DNA of 64,000 nt, from the NCBI GenBank assembly GCA_010909165.1, contig MU008160.1:744001-808000 (forward strand), given 5' to 3'. The stretch is from Anthoceros angustus (Eukaryota; Plantae; Anthocerotophyta). The position numbers and the translations under genes were made by a program. The notes beneath the pieces were generated by a model. It saw only the letters and a list, made by a program, of their open reading frames with translations, was not told where the DNA came from and did no database searches. Positions 1-12,638 of the stretch are shown in pieces; position 1 is the stretch's first letter, and every line of letters begins with the position of its first letter.

Positions 1-960
1 TCGCGCAACCTACCTTCTCTAGGGCGACGTGCCCAGCCTGCCCGTGCTCTATGCCCGCCGGCTTCGCCATGGCTCGCCCTTGTTATCACGCATTTACTAG
101 CTTGTTCTTCGTCATGAAGCTCAGCGAAACCGTGTTTGCTATGCGCCCGCGTTGTTTAGGCTCCATACATGGCCCTCCCCATCATTTCTAATTTCCTACT
201 CCTCATCGTAAGCATGAGAAGGAAACCTCCTACACCCCCCCTGTTTTGCGATTTTCTTCCTCCCCTTCCTCTTGCGTTCGTCCGCGACCAGCTTTGCCCT
301 TTCCATCGCATCCATCTCCCTTCCAGCCCTCTGCACGCACCCACGGCACATACATCGCAGCATGCCCTTCAGTACATGTGCAGCATATAGCGGTGTGCAC
401 AACGACCTTTCGAATTGCTTACCTTCCCCGCACTCCATCCTGTTTTCTTATGTACCTCTTGCCCACCATCTGCTCCTTCCGTCCTCGCTCCCGTATGCCT
501 GGTGCCTCGTCACACGGCCCCGCCGATGCCTCCACCGCGCCTCCCCGCTTCGCCTCCACCTTTGTCACAGGTGGCGAGCCTCCAAGGGGCCTACTGTGGA
601 GGTCCATGCTTTCAGCGTCGGAGTGTGCCATGTATGTGTTTGGCACGAAGTTTGGCACGCCCTCAATTTCGTCCGCTGCCTCATTCTCTGCGCCATCATA
701 TCTTGCTGCCATCACATGTATCCCTTTGCCATCCGCCTTTCTCCCTCCTCACGACCTTAGCAAGCCTCCTTAAACCTCCTCGGCTCCAGCAAGCCCCCAA
801 CTCCCACAATTACCCCCTCCTTCACTTCACAAGCACCCTTTGCCCCTACTTACTCATAAGCTCCCCCAGCTTCAACAAGCTCCCACCTCAGTTTGAAGCC
901 TCCTCGGTCCGTCGCCCCCACATCTGCTGCCATTAATTGCAACAAAACCCGTATTTTTAG

Positions 961-1941
961 GTGTATATTGGTTATTTGTTTTGTTGCCTTTTCACCTATT
1001 CAGTATCATATCATTCTGGCCTTCTCTTAGGAGTAAGGCTCTGGTTTCTAATAAAAGAGAGAACTAATAACATGAAACGTAAAGCTCAGAATTTCAAAAA
1101 GAAACCTCCGCAATTTATTGATGGCGGGCCCTCTTTGTCTTCCCGGGTTAATAAGGTTATCTTAGGAGCTAATTGTATTATTCCTTATCTTTTTCGTCAT
1201 TCTATTCATTTTCTGAAGCTAGGCTCCTTTATTAGCCTAGGCTTCTCTATTTTAACTATTCTTGTTTCTTTGTTCTTATCTCTTTTAAGTTATCTCTATG
1301 AAATAGAGAGACCCCTTAATTATTCGTTATATCTTATAAGAAAGCTTGCATATAAAATTGGAGGCTTTTTTCGTTCTTTATTTGGCTTTTCTCCTCCACC
1401 CAGCCCTTTTCTCAAGGCTTATAATCACTCTGTAGATTGGCTCGAGCTTGTTGCGGATCCCCTGCATGACCCCATGCTCTTGGTAAGATTTCTTTTATGT
1501 ATGTTCTTGTTGAAAGTTCTGTATACTTTTGTTTCAAGGATCCTTAGATTGGACCCTTTGTATTATCCTGTCCTTGCGCAGAATAAAGTGAAGTCCTTAG
1601 TGAGATTTCTTCTAGATACTATTCTAGAGTGGTTGCTCAAGCTTTGAAATTCTCTTGATGCCATAGTTTCTTGGATCCAAGAAGTTGATCCAGACTCTCC
1701 CAAGCCCTTTTCGCCACCATCAGGTGGACAAGGGATCCCAAATATAAAGGAGAGGTTAGTCCGATTAGAGCAAGACTCCCTCAAGCGAGAGCTTAACCTA
1801 AAAGGACTCATTGAAGAGTTGGCAGACACGAGGGAACAACTTCTCCAAACTCAATTAAAATTAGCCGAAACCAGGGGTGAACTTGCGAATGCAAAAGGAA
1901 CTCTTAAAGCTATCTATGCGGGACTACATAAATATGATCCT
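961..1941 (+). pseudogene. Hydrophobic (TM-like) plus coiled-coil ORF, probably TE-associated; in-frame TGA at 1645-1647; interrupted by a solo LTR
   Basis: 228-aa ORF (first ATG 1072) rich in L/F/I segments. The same frame continues past the TGA for about 98 codons with a heptad-like stretch (IKERLVRLEQDSLKRELNLKGLIEELADTREQLLQTQLKLAETRGELANAKG) up to the LTR insertion. Confidence 0.4.
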
Positions 1942-2574
1942 TGTTGCACGAGGTAAGCACTTGAATTCGTAGAAGCACTTCCTCGACAAACAACCAAGCA
2001 AAACAAATCTAATACGCATATATATAGGTGCAACAGGAGGGAGTAGCTCGCACATTGTGGCACAAACACACTCTCCCCACGAGAACAACACGCAAATTCC
2101 TCACACATCGCTTTCGGAGTCATAGTTTTGGCCTCCTCACATCACCTCAGCATCTAGAGGACAAGTTATGATCCGAGCTTGTCCTCAATGGAAGGGTCTA
2201 TATATAGTAGCCCTTGGCCGATATCGGCATATTCCTAAGATATCCTATTGGCATCAGCATATGCCGGAAATATCCTAAAAATACACTATAATATGTAAGG
2301 AATATGCTAAAGCATATTACTTAAGCTTATCCACTTAGCTATTGTATCCTAAGAATACACTATAATATGCATGGAATATGCCTAAGCATATTACTTGAGC
2401 TTATCGACTTAGCTATTGCTAACCATGTTTAATTAACACTAATCAATGCTTAATTAACATAAGCACGTGAGATTAATTAACACTAATTACTTAATTAAAG
2501 ATAAGTAATTAGATTAATTAATGCTAATCAAACACTAAACCCAAATGCAGAGATTAGTATCACACGGCATGACA
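1942..2574 (-). mobile_element. Solo LTR of an LTR retrotransposon
   Basis: Termini TGTTGCA...ATGACA (TG...CA); 4-bp direct repeat TCCT on both sides (1938-1941, 2575-2578); internal TATATATA near 2198; ~74-bp tandem repeat at ~2271-2418. Confidence 0.75.
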
Positions 2575-2974
2575 TCCTCCACATATGGGAAAGTAGTGAA
2601 ACCTGGATCTTTGAAGTGCAAGGTCTTACAAATTTTGTTCCGGGAGCTCAAATATCAGCAGTAAAACCTTCTAGAAAGGAGATATAAGGACCCACCACAA
2701 AGTGAACCGGGTCCCTCAAACTTTCTAAACGATCAAAAAGCATCTGATCAGGATCATCGGGAAGTTTCCATGTGCGGCTGTTGCTGACAGAATCTACACA
2801 TGAAAGCCTCACAAAGCTTCACCAGGGTGTGTACATATTCATGCATACATACCTTTGCGGCATCTACAACACTAGTGGTAAGTAGGCCCTTCCCTATCTA
2901 TCGCACCAGCTTCTTTTCTACCGCGACGAGGTCTCGTGTGGTCCAACCAACCACTAGCTTGTTCTCTTAGGCCG

Positions 2975-3490
2975 CTATGGGGCCTCCATCGACCTTGGGG
3001 CCCACTTAGTGCATTGTCCAATATGTGGACAACGATGTAGACACGATGCCGTCCGAGATGTCATGTTCTCGATGGCCAAGGAGAGCGGTTTCTTCCCTTT
3101 CAAGGAGCGGTAGTATACTATGCACGATGGCGCCTCTATCGAACCCACCTTTTTCTTGGCGTGGGGACGAGGTCTGGGCTATGACGTGGTTGTCATTGAT
3201 CCAACCGTAGATTCTCGTTAGTGACCATGTCATCATCAACCTCTAGGTTGAGCGGAAGGGAGCGCAACTAAGAAAATTTACAAGTACAAGCCCATGCAGC
3301 AAGGTCACATTTTCATCCCCATTGCCATTGCAACCCATGGGGCCTTGGGTAAGGTTTTTCTCATTTTATCAAGGAGTGCGCAAGGGCCTACCACAACGAC
3401 AGGGGCGGGGTTGGCCTCCCTTTCCAGTGTCGTGACATATTTTAGGCAAAGGGTTTCCATCCTTTGCAAGGCGATGGAAACCCTGCCACA
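2975..3490 (+). mobile_element. Degenerate C-terminus of a CRE-like non-LTR retrotransposon (Zn knuckle plus restriction-like endonuclease), copy 1
   Basis: Frameshifted translation: DLGAHLVHCPICGQR..RHDAVRDV...DVVVIDPT...KKIYKY...HIFIPIAIATHGALG...YFRQRVSI, matching the RLE-clade signature. Confidence 0.65.
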
Positions 3491-3754
3491 CCCCTCCTCC
3501 CTGCCCGGTATGGTGCCACGTTGTGGGTTGTCCCCTTTCGCCTCGGGGTAGATGGGATTTCCATCTCGTTCTTTTATAAAGTCCAGATTGGTATGTACAT
3601 TTCGAACGCAACCATATTTGCGTTCCAAATGTTGTGCTTTGGTGTCTTTCCCCATTGGTACCGCATTAAAACCGTCCCACTTTTATTCACGGTGGTGTGG
3701 TCGTAAACAGGATGTACCTGCCACAGTATGTATCTTCCGTCAGCGGTTCCTGAA

Positions 3755-4024
3755 ATGGCCACAGGATTGCCATCGGACCTGTTGTGGACCCAACAAAATG
3801 GTGTGTACAGGGATTCTACGAGGAGATCCCGCTCACCGCACCTCAGGAGTCAACTTCTGGCAAACCACCAAGCCTCCAGGTGCAGCAGTGTAAGGAGCCC
3901 AGCAGATTCACTTCCGAGAAAATTGTGGGTGGGGACGGATTTTCCAGCGATGGTCGTCAGGAGCAGGAAAACTTGTGGCAACAATTTTTCTGGACCCTAC
4001 CGTGTGGGACAACAGACGAGATAA
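3755..4024 (+). pseudogene. 5' fragment of a PDF-PPR-GRP gene (leader plus half of the PDF motif), ending at a duplication junction
   Basis: Near-identical to 5830-6110; ends at ACGAGATAAG, where the sequence switches into the LTR copy. Confidence 0.7.
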
Positions 4025-4642
4025 GCACTTGAATTGTAGAAGCACTTCCTCGACAAACAACCAAGCAAAACAAATCTAATACGCATATATATAGGTGCAA
4101 TGAGGAGTAGCTCGCATTGTGGCACAAACACACTCTCCCCACGAGAACAACACGCAAATTCCTCACACATCGCTTTCGGAGTCATAGTTTTGGCCTCCTC
4201 ACATCACCCTTGCATTGCATATCTAGAGGACAAGTTATGATCTGAGCTTGTCCTCAATGGAAGGGTCTATATATAGTAGCCCTTGGCCGATATCGGCATA
4301 TTCCTAAGATATCCTATTGGCATCAGCATATGCCGGAAATATCCTAAAAATACACTATAATATGCAAGGAATATGCTAAAGCATATTACTTAAGCTTATC
4401 CACTTAGCTATTGTATCCTAAGAATACACTATAATATGCATGGAATATGCCTAAGCATATTACTTGAGCTTATCGACTTAGCTATTGCTAACCATGTTTA
4501 ATTAACACTAATCAATGCTTAATTAACATAAGCACGTGAGATTAATTAACACTAATTACTTAATTAAAGATAAGTAATTAGATTAATTAATGCTAATCAA
4601 ACACTAAACCCAAATGCGAGATTAGTATCACACGGCATGACA
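4016..4642 (-). mobile_element. Second copy of the solo LTR (part of a ~2.07-kb tandem duplication)
   Basis: Near-identical to 1947-2574 and followed by the same flank (TCCTCCACATATGGG); lacks the TGTTGC terminus. Confidence 0.7.
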
Positions 4643-5019
4643 TCCTCCACATATGGGAAAGTAGTGAAACTCGATCTTTGAAGTGCAAGGTCTTACAAAT
4701 TTTGTTCCGGAGCTCAAATATCGAAGAAACCTTCTAGAAAGGAGATATAAGGACCCACCACAAAGTGAACTGGTCCCTCAAACTTTCTAAACGATCAAAA
4801 AGCATCGATCGGGATCATCGGGAAGTTTCCACGGTCATTTCGAATCTACACATGAAAGCCTCACAAAGCTTCACCAGGGTGTGTACATATTCATGCATAC
4901 ATACCTTTGCGGCATCTACAACACTAGTGGTAAGTAGGCCCTTCCCTATCTATCGCACCAGCTTCTTTTTCTACCGCGACGAGGTCTCGTGTGGGTCTGG
5001 TCCAACCACTAGCTTGTTC

Positions 5020-5545
5020 TCTTAGGCCGCTATGGGGCCTCCATCGACGACCTTGGGGCCCACTTAGTGCATTGTCCAATATGTGGACAACGAATTGCTA
5101 GACACGATGCCGTCCGAGATGTCATGTTCTCGATGGCCAAGGAGAGCGGTTTCTTCCCTTTCAAGGAGCGGTAGTATACTATGCACGATGGCGTCTCTAT
5201 CAGAACTGACCTTTTCTTGACGTGGGGGGACGAGGTCTCGGTTGCGACGTGGTTGTCATTGATCCAACCAGAGATTCTGTTAGTGACCATGTCATCATCA
5301 ACCCTCTAGGTTGAGCGGCGGAAGGGAGCGCAACTAAGAAAATTTACAAGTACAAGCCCATGCAGCAAGGTCACATTTTCATCCCCATTGCCATTGCAAC
5401 CCATGGGGCCTTGGGTAAGGTTTTTTCTCATTTTATCAAGGAGTGCGCAAGGGCCTACCACAACGACAGGGGCGGGGTTGGCCTCCCCCTTTCCAGTGTC
5501 GTGACATATTTTAGGCAAAGGGTTTCCATCCTTTGCAAGGCGATG
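5020..5545 (+). mobile_element. CRE-like non-LTR retrotransposon RLE fragment, copy 2 (best preserved)
   Basis: GASIDDLGAHLVHCPICGQRIARHDAVRDVMFSMAKESGF...DVVVIDPT...FIPIAIATHGALGKVFSHFIKECA. Confidence 0.7.
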
Positions 5546-5829
5546 GAAACCCTTGCCACACCCCCTCCTCCCCTGCCCGGTATGGTGCCACGTTGTGGGT
5601 TGTCCCCTTTCGCCTCGGGGTAGATGGGATTTCCCATCTCGTTCTTTTTATAAAGTCCAGATTGGTATGTACATTTCGAACGCAACCATATTTGCGTTCC
5701 AAATGTTGTGCTTTGGTGTCTTTCCCCATTGGTACCGCATTAAAAACCGTCCCACTTTTATTCACGGTGGTGTGGTCGTAAACAGGATGTACCTGCCACA
5801 GTATGTATCTTCCGTCAGCGGTTCCTGAA

Positions 5830-7090
5830 ATGGCCACAGGATTGCCATCGGACCCGTTGTGGACCCAACAAAATGGTGTGTGTACAGGGATTCTACGAGG
5901 AGATCCCGCTCACCGCACCTCAGGGAGTCAACTTCTGGCAAACCACCAAGCCTCCAGGTGCAGCAGTGTAAGGAGCCCAGCAGATTCACTTCCGAGAAAA
6001 ATTGTGGGTGGGGACGGATTTTCCAGCGATGGTCGTCGCCAGGAGCAGGAAAACTTGTGGCAACAATTTTTCCTGGACCCTACCGTGTGGTGGGACAACA
6101 GACGAGATAAGAAAACCTCCCGTTCGCCTGACTTCTGGCGTAAGGGGTCCGGCGAGGTCCTGTGGTTAAGCAGCATGTTTAAGCCAGCTTGGGTTGATGA
6201 GCAGCTGGTTTCCTTGGATACGCAGATGGGTAATGGTGCCTTTCCTTCCAAGTGGAGCTCTCCGGATAAGCCTGAACCTGGGAGGCGTGCAGGATCGGAA
6301 ATGGGCGTCATAACGGCTGGAACCGTGAGCATGTTTTGTCAGAAGGGGAAGCTTTCTGAGGCCGTTGGAGCCCTGGAATCTCTGGCGCACACAGACTCTA
6401 CTATTTCTCAGTCTCTGTTTTACACTGTGCTCAAACTGTGTACAGCTAAGAAGGATGTGGTTCTGGGCCGACGAGTTCATGATCTCACAGTGAAGCTTGG
6501 GCACGAGTCGAATTCATACTTGGGGAACCATATTTTGCGAATGTATGCATTTGGTGGTAGGCTGCAGGAGGCCATGGATGTGTTCACCAGGGTAGGCAAA
6601 CCAAATGTCTTCATGTGGTTTTCCATAATCTCTGCACATGCTAAGCACGGGAGACCTAATGAGGCCATACAACTGTACCATGAGATGCGTAGGTCAGGAG
6701 AAGGTGAATCATGCTCATTGTAGCTGCCCTTCAGGCTTGCGCCGACTTGGAATCTGGCAGTGCTGCTGTGATGTGCACAGTGGCATTCCTACTAACTTGT
6801 TTGTTGGCAACTGCCTGGTGGACATGTATGCAAAATGTGGTGAACTGAAAGATGCACGCCAGGTTTTTGACATGGCCACAAAGGATGTGGTGACATGGAC
6901 GCTATGCAGGTGCTTATGGCGCAGCATGAGGCGCTTGTTGTGTGGACAAATGGAGCAGGAGGGCCTGATTGTGGCTGACCATGTTACTTTTGCTTGCCTT
7001 CTGAAGCGCTGCCTTACAGAAGGGCAGGCAGGCACTCACACAGATTGTGGAAAGAGGACTGCTGGATAACGTACTGGTGGGCAACTGCCT
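5830..7090 (+). pseudogene. PDF-PPR gene, 5' part (clean ORF to 6723, then indel-rich, truncated at a junction)
   Basis: ORF 5803-6723 contains LWQQFFLDPTVWWDNRRDKKTSRSPDFWRKGSGEVLWL followed by L/S/P PPR motifs. Confidence 0.75.
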
Positions 7091-7091
7091 G

Positions 7092-7510
7092 TTAGACACG
7101 ATGTCCCGAGATGTCATGTTCTCGATGGCCAAGGAGAGCCGTTTCTTCCCTTTCAAGGAGCGGTAGTATACTATGCACGGCGCCTCTATCGAATCGACCT
7201 TTTCGACGGGGGGACGAGGTCTCGCTATGACGTGGTTGTCATTGATCCAACCAGATTCTCGTTAGTGACCATGTCATCATCAACCTCTAGGTTGAGCGCG
7301 AAGGGAGCGCAACTAAGAAAATTTACAGCACAAGCCCATGCGAAGGTCACATTTTCATCCCCATTGCCATTGCAACCCATGGGGCCTTGCAAGGTTTTTT
7401 CATTTTATCAAGGAGTGCAAGGGCTCACCACAACGACAGGGGCGGGGTTGGCCTCCCTTCCAGTGTCGTGACATATTTTAGGCAAAGGGTTTCCATCCTT
7501 TGCAAGGATG
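7092..7510 (+). mobile_element. CRE-like RLE fragment, copy 3 (within a ~2-kb duplication)
   Basis: Indel-rich copy of 5099-5545. Confidence 0.6.
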
Positions 7511-7785
7511 GAAACCCTGCCACACCCCTCCTCCCTGCCCGGTATGGTGCCACGTTGTGGGTTGTCCCCTTTCGCCTCGGGGTAGATGGGATTTCATCTC
7601 GTTCTTTTATAAAGTCCAGATTGGTATACATTTCGAACGCAACCATATTTGCGTTCCAAATGTTGTGCTTTGGTGTCTTTCCCCATTGGTACCGCATTAA
7701 AACCGTCCCACTTTTATTCACGGTGGTGTGGTCGTAAACAGGATGTACCTGCCACAGTATGTATTCTTCCGTCATGGTTCCTGAA

Positions 7786-10334
7786 ATGGCCATGTGGATT
7801 GCCATCGGACCCGTTGTGGACCCAACAAAATGGTGTGTGTACAGGGATTCTACGAGGAGATCCTGCTCACTCACCTCAGGAGTCAACTTGGGCAAACCAC
7901 CAAGCCCAGGTGCAGCAGTGTAAGGAGCCCAGCACTTCCACTGAGAAAAATTGTGGGTGGGGACGGATTTTCCAGCGATGGTCGTCGCCAGGAGCAGGAG
8001 CACTTGTGGCAACAATTTTTCTGGACCCTACCATGTGGTGGGACAACAGACGAGATAAGAAGAGCTCCCGTTCGCCTGACTTCCGGCGTAAGGGTCCGGC
8101 GAGGTCCTGTGGTTAAACAGCATGTTTAAGCCAGCTTGGGTTGATGAGCAGCTCGTTTCTTGGATATGCAGATGGGTCATGGTGCCTCTCCTTCCAAGTC
8201 GAGCTCCGGATAAGCCTGAACCTGGCAGGCGTGCAGGATCGGAAATGGGCGTCGTAACGGCTGGAACCGTGAGCATGTTATGTCAGCAGGGAAGCTTTCT
8301 GAGGCCGTTGGAGCCCTGGAATCTCTGGCGCAGACAGACTCTTTATTTCTCAGTCTCTGTTTTACACTGTGCTAAACTGTGTACAGCTAAGAAGGATTTG
8401 GTTGTGGGGCGACGAGTTCATGATCTCACTGTCAAACTTGGGTACGAGTCGAATGCATACTTGGGGAACCATATCTTGCGCATGTATGCATGTGGTAGGC
8501 TGCAGGAGGCCATGGATGTGTTCACCAGGGTGGCAAACCAGATGTCTTCATGTGGTTTCCATAATCTCTGCACATGCTAAGCATGGGAAACCTAATGAGG
8601 CCATACAACTGTACCATGAGATGCGTAGGTCAGGAGTGAAGGGATGCTCACGTCTTTGTAGCTGCCCTTCAAGCTTGTGCATTGCCGCCGACTTGGAATC
8701 TGGCAGAAAAGTGCACTGTGATGTGTTGCACAGTGGCATTCCTACAACTTGTTTGTTGGCAACTGCCTGGTGGACATGTATGCAAAATGTGGTGAACTGA
8801 AAGATGCACGCCAGGTTTTTGACAGCATGCCACAAAGGATGTGGTGACATGGAATGCCCTGATTGCTGGGTATGTACAGCAAGGGCTCATGAGAGGCGCT
8901 TGTTGTGTATGGACAAATGGAGCAGGAGGGCCTGATTTTGGCTGACCATGTTACTTTTGCTTGCCTTCTGAAGGCCTGTGCAAGCACTGGTGCCTTACAG
9001 AAGGGCAGGCAGCTGCACTCACAGATTGTGAAAGAGGACTGCTGGATAACGTACTGGTGGGCACCTGCCTGGTGGACATGTATGCAAAATGTGGTGAACT
9101 GGAAGATGCACGCCAGGTTTTTGACAGCATGGCACAAAGGATGTGGTGACATGGAATGCCCTGATTGCTGGGTATGCACAGCAAGGACTCGCCAAGAGGC
9201 GCTTGTTCTGTGTATGGACAAATGGAGGAGGGCCTCATTTTGGCTGACCATGTTACTTTTGCTTGCCTTCTGAAGGCCTGTGCAAGCACTGGTGCCTTAC
9301 AGAAAGGCAGGCAGCTGCATTCACAGATCGTGGAAAGAGGACTGCTGTATGACGTAGTGTTGGGCAGCTCCCTGGTGGACATGTATGCAAAATGTGGTGA
9401 AGTGAAAGATGCACGCCAGGTTTTTGACAGCATGGCCACAAAGGATGTGGTGATATGGAATGCCCTGATATCTGGGTATGGTAATTGTGATGAAGGTCAG
9501 AAGGCACTAGCTTGTTTTGAGGAGATGTTAGGTGCGGGTATTCAGCCTGATGATGCTACTTTACTTGCCTTTTAGTAGCATGCAGTCATGAGGACTGGTC
9601 CACGAGGGTCGGCACTTTGATTCCATGGCTGAACAGCATGGCATCAAACCTACTATTGAGCATTACATTGCATGATTGATCTTCTGTGCTGCAGGCCATT
9701 TAGATGAGGCAGAGAAGATGCTATTATCATGTGAGGCCAAAGTAATGTTGTGGCTTGACGTCTTTGTTGAATGCCTGCAAAAGTCACGGGGATATAGAGA
9801 GGGCGATGTGGTGTTTTGAAAGCATTGTTAGGCTGGACCTCAGGAGGCGTCTGCGTATGTGCTCATGGCCAATGCCTATGCAGATGCAGGTAGGTGGACC
9901 GATGTAGACAGGATTGAAACACAGAGAAGGTAGCAGGAGCTAACAAGAAACCTGCAGTGGCGACCATTGAGGTGAATAAGCAGGTACATAGATTTGTGGT
10001 GGGAGAAAGAGAGAGGATATTGTGCGGTGAGAGCACGAATGCACGTCTGAAGCAGGAAGGAGGCCACGTACCTCACACAAGTTGGTGTTGAAGCCACTGT
10101 GTGAGAAGGAAAAGGAAGATGCTTTGTGGGCATGCTGAGAAGCTAGCTCTGGCGTTTGGTCTCTTGAACACTGAGTGGGACACCTCTGGTGGTAACGAAG
10201 AATCTACGCATGTGCAGTGACTGCCACAGTTCCACGGAGATCATGTCAAGGCTTGAACAAAGAGACATTGTTGTAAGGGATGGGTACCGTGTGCATCGAT
10301 TCGCAGCTGTGTAAGTTGTAAGGGTCGACCATGA
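7786..10334 (+). pseudogene. PDF-PLS-PPR-E1/E2-DYW:KP (GRP) gene, full length but heavily frameshifted in this sequence
   Basis: Colinear homology to 27007-29610; contains KKPAVATIEV, GHAEKLALAFG and KNLRMCSDCH; ends aagggtcgaccatga (KGRP*). Confidence 0.8.
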
Positions 10335-10929
10335 GAATGAGATCTTGCCAGAATGCAGAATACCTTTCTTCAGAGGTGCGTGCTTGCTCAGGCCATCCTG
10401 TTGAAACTGAGAGGGCATACAGGTCGCTGAGAGGGCAACACAGGTCTTATAATGGATCCTCACCTTGACTGAACGGAATTGAATGGTCTCCTCGTGCAGA
10501 TAACTGTTGTGGAGAAGGCTTGAACTGAGAGAGCAGCCATTGTGAAGTTCACTGAGATGTTGGGAGATCTGAGTGAAGGAGGGATGTTTATCAGCAGGAG
10601 AAATCTGGCGAGGCCTGGCATCTGCAGGGGTTCTGTAAGGAAGGCCTGAGCCTGTTGTGCCTAGCCATGGAGTATGTTGGGAAAAGAGTGCCGAAAGGAA
10701 CACTTTGAAAGTTCCAATCTGAACCTCTGCAGCATGTGTCACCAGAGCGACCCTAAACCAGCAAGAATTGGTGTGCAGAGGTGTGCCATCAATGTTAAGG
10801 TCTACCAGCCTCGTCTTATCCATGGAGATATGGATGGGGTGGATATGGATTGAACCCATGGATGGGTCCATGTGAGCGGCCCCGTCTCTGCAAGGGAGAG
10901 GGAAGGATGAACGAGAACAAAACACGAAG

Positions 10930-11471
10930 GGTCATATAGAAAGGGCGATTTGGTGTTTTGAAAGCATTGAAGCTGGACCTCAGGCGTCTGTATGTGCTCA
11001 TGGCCAATGCCTACGCAGATGCAGGTAGGTGGACCGATGTACAGGATTGAAACACAGAGAATGGTAGCAGGAGCTAACAAGAAACCTGCAGTGGCGACCA
11101 TTGAGGTGAATAAGCAGGTTCATAGATTTGTGGTGGGAGAAAGAAGAGAGGACATTGTGCAAGGTAGAGCAATGCACGTCTGAAGCAGGAAGGAGGCCGT
11201 ACCACACAAGTTGGTGCTGAAGCCACTGTGTGAGAAGGAAAAGGAAGATGCCCTTTGTGGGCATGCTGAGAAGCTAGCTCTGGCGTTTGGTTTGCTGAAC
11301 ACTCCGAGTGGGACACCTCTGGTGGTAACGAAGAATCTACGCATGTGCAGTGACTGCCACAGTTCCACAGAGATCATGTCAAGGCTTGAACAAAGAGACA
11401 TTGTTGTACGGGATGGGTACCGTGTGCATCGGTTCGCAAATGGTTGTTGCAATTGTAAGGGTAGACCATGA
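10930..11471 (+). pseudogene. Duplicated E-DYW:KP 3' fragment
   Basis: ORF 11211-11471 reads ...LCGHAEKLALAFGLLNTPSGTPLVVTKNLRMCSDCH...CCNCKGRP; duplicates ~9793-10334 and its 3' flank. Confidence 0.8.
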
Positions 11472-12234
11472 GAAGGGAGATCTTGCCCATGTTTAGTTGC
11501 CTACGTCAGGGAATATCCCTTTCTTCTGAGAGGTGCGTATGCTTGCGTCAGGCCATCCCTGTTGAAACTGAGAGGGCAACACAGGTCGCTGAGAGGGCAA
11601 CACAGGTCTTATAATGGATCCTCACTCCTTTTTGACTGAACAACGGAATTGAATGTGTCTCCTCGTGCAGATAACTGCTGTGAGGATATGGCTGCTTTTG
11701 AACTGAGAGAGCAGCCATTGTGAAGTTCACATCCTGAGATGTTTGAGGAAGAGATCTGAGTGAAGGGAGGGGATGCTTCATGGCATGTGAGAACCCTCTG
11801 GCGAGGCCCTCGGGTATCTGCATTATGCATGTTCATGTAAGGAATCTGGCCTGCAGCCTCCGTTGTGCCTACGCCGTATGGAGTATGTTGGGAAAAGAGT
11901 GCCGAAAGGAACACTTTTGAAAGTTCCAATCTGAAACCTCTGCAGGCTCCGCGTGTCGGGACTAGAGCCGGACCCTAAAACTCGTCAAGTATGAATTGGT
12001 GCGTGTGTGCAGAGGTGTGGCCATCACCCCCACCCCGTTAACCGGTCTACCCAGCCTCGTCTTATCCATGGAGATATGGATGGGGCGGATATGGATTGAA
12101 TCTCCATGGATGGGTCGTGCATGCGAGCCGGCCCCCGTCTCCGTAAAGGGAGAGGGAAGGATGAACGAGAACAAAACACGGAAGGGTTACTGCCCATAGA
12201 TAGATGAACACGCATTAACATAATGAACGCACGC

Positions 12235-12477
12235 ATCTTGGAGGAGCAGGTCCTGAGCTGCGTCCTCCAATCTGGTACATATGCTAGGAATACATCCCGA
12301 TGATGTCGTTTGCAAAGAATGCGTCCGAGCCCAACCCAAATTGTACTGCAAGAGCATGCACTCGCTCACCACTGACGACATCTTCTTCGCCATGCCCGTC
12401 TTGAGGACATCATAAAAGATCGTGTCGGAGACATGGTATCCTCGCTGCACCAGGGTGTCCATCTTTTTGGTAACCAT
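12235..12477 (-). pseudogene. Relic N-terminal PPR motif fragment of a divergent gene, head-to-head with the 12639 gene
   Basis: LVQRGYHVSDTIFYDVLKTGMAKK, then after a frameshift ERVHALAVQFGLGSDAFFANDIIGMYS; resembles the first L/S motif (SLFYTVLKLCTAKKD..GRRVH). Confidence 0.55.
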
Positions 12478-12638
12478 GTTAGACTACGTTCCAATTGCTT
12501 GTTTTGGTGTCTCTTGCCGTGGGTACCCAGTGAAAATCAGTCCGCACTATCCTTCAGGGCGGTGTGGTCATACACAGTGCCTGGCCATCCTGCCATAGTC
12601 TGTTGTTAGACTCATCTTCCGACAGCGGTCCCTGAACG

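Noticed and set aside
1-960. Several overlapping ORFs in the C-rich start of the window
   Set aside because: Low-complexity composition and no recognisable motif.
1645-1647. In-frame TGA as a substrate for U-to-C editing by the neighbouring factors
   Set aside because: The sequence is nuclear and TE-like. An ordinary nonsense mutation (for example methyl-C deamination) is simpler, and nothing links it to the PPR codes.
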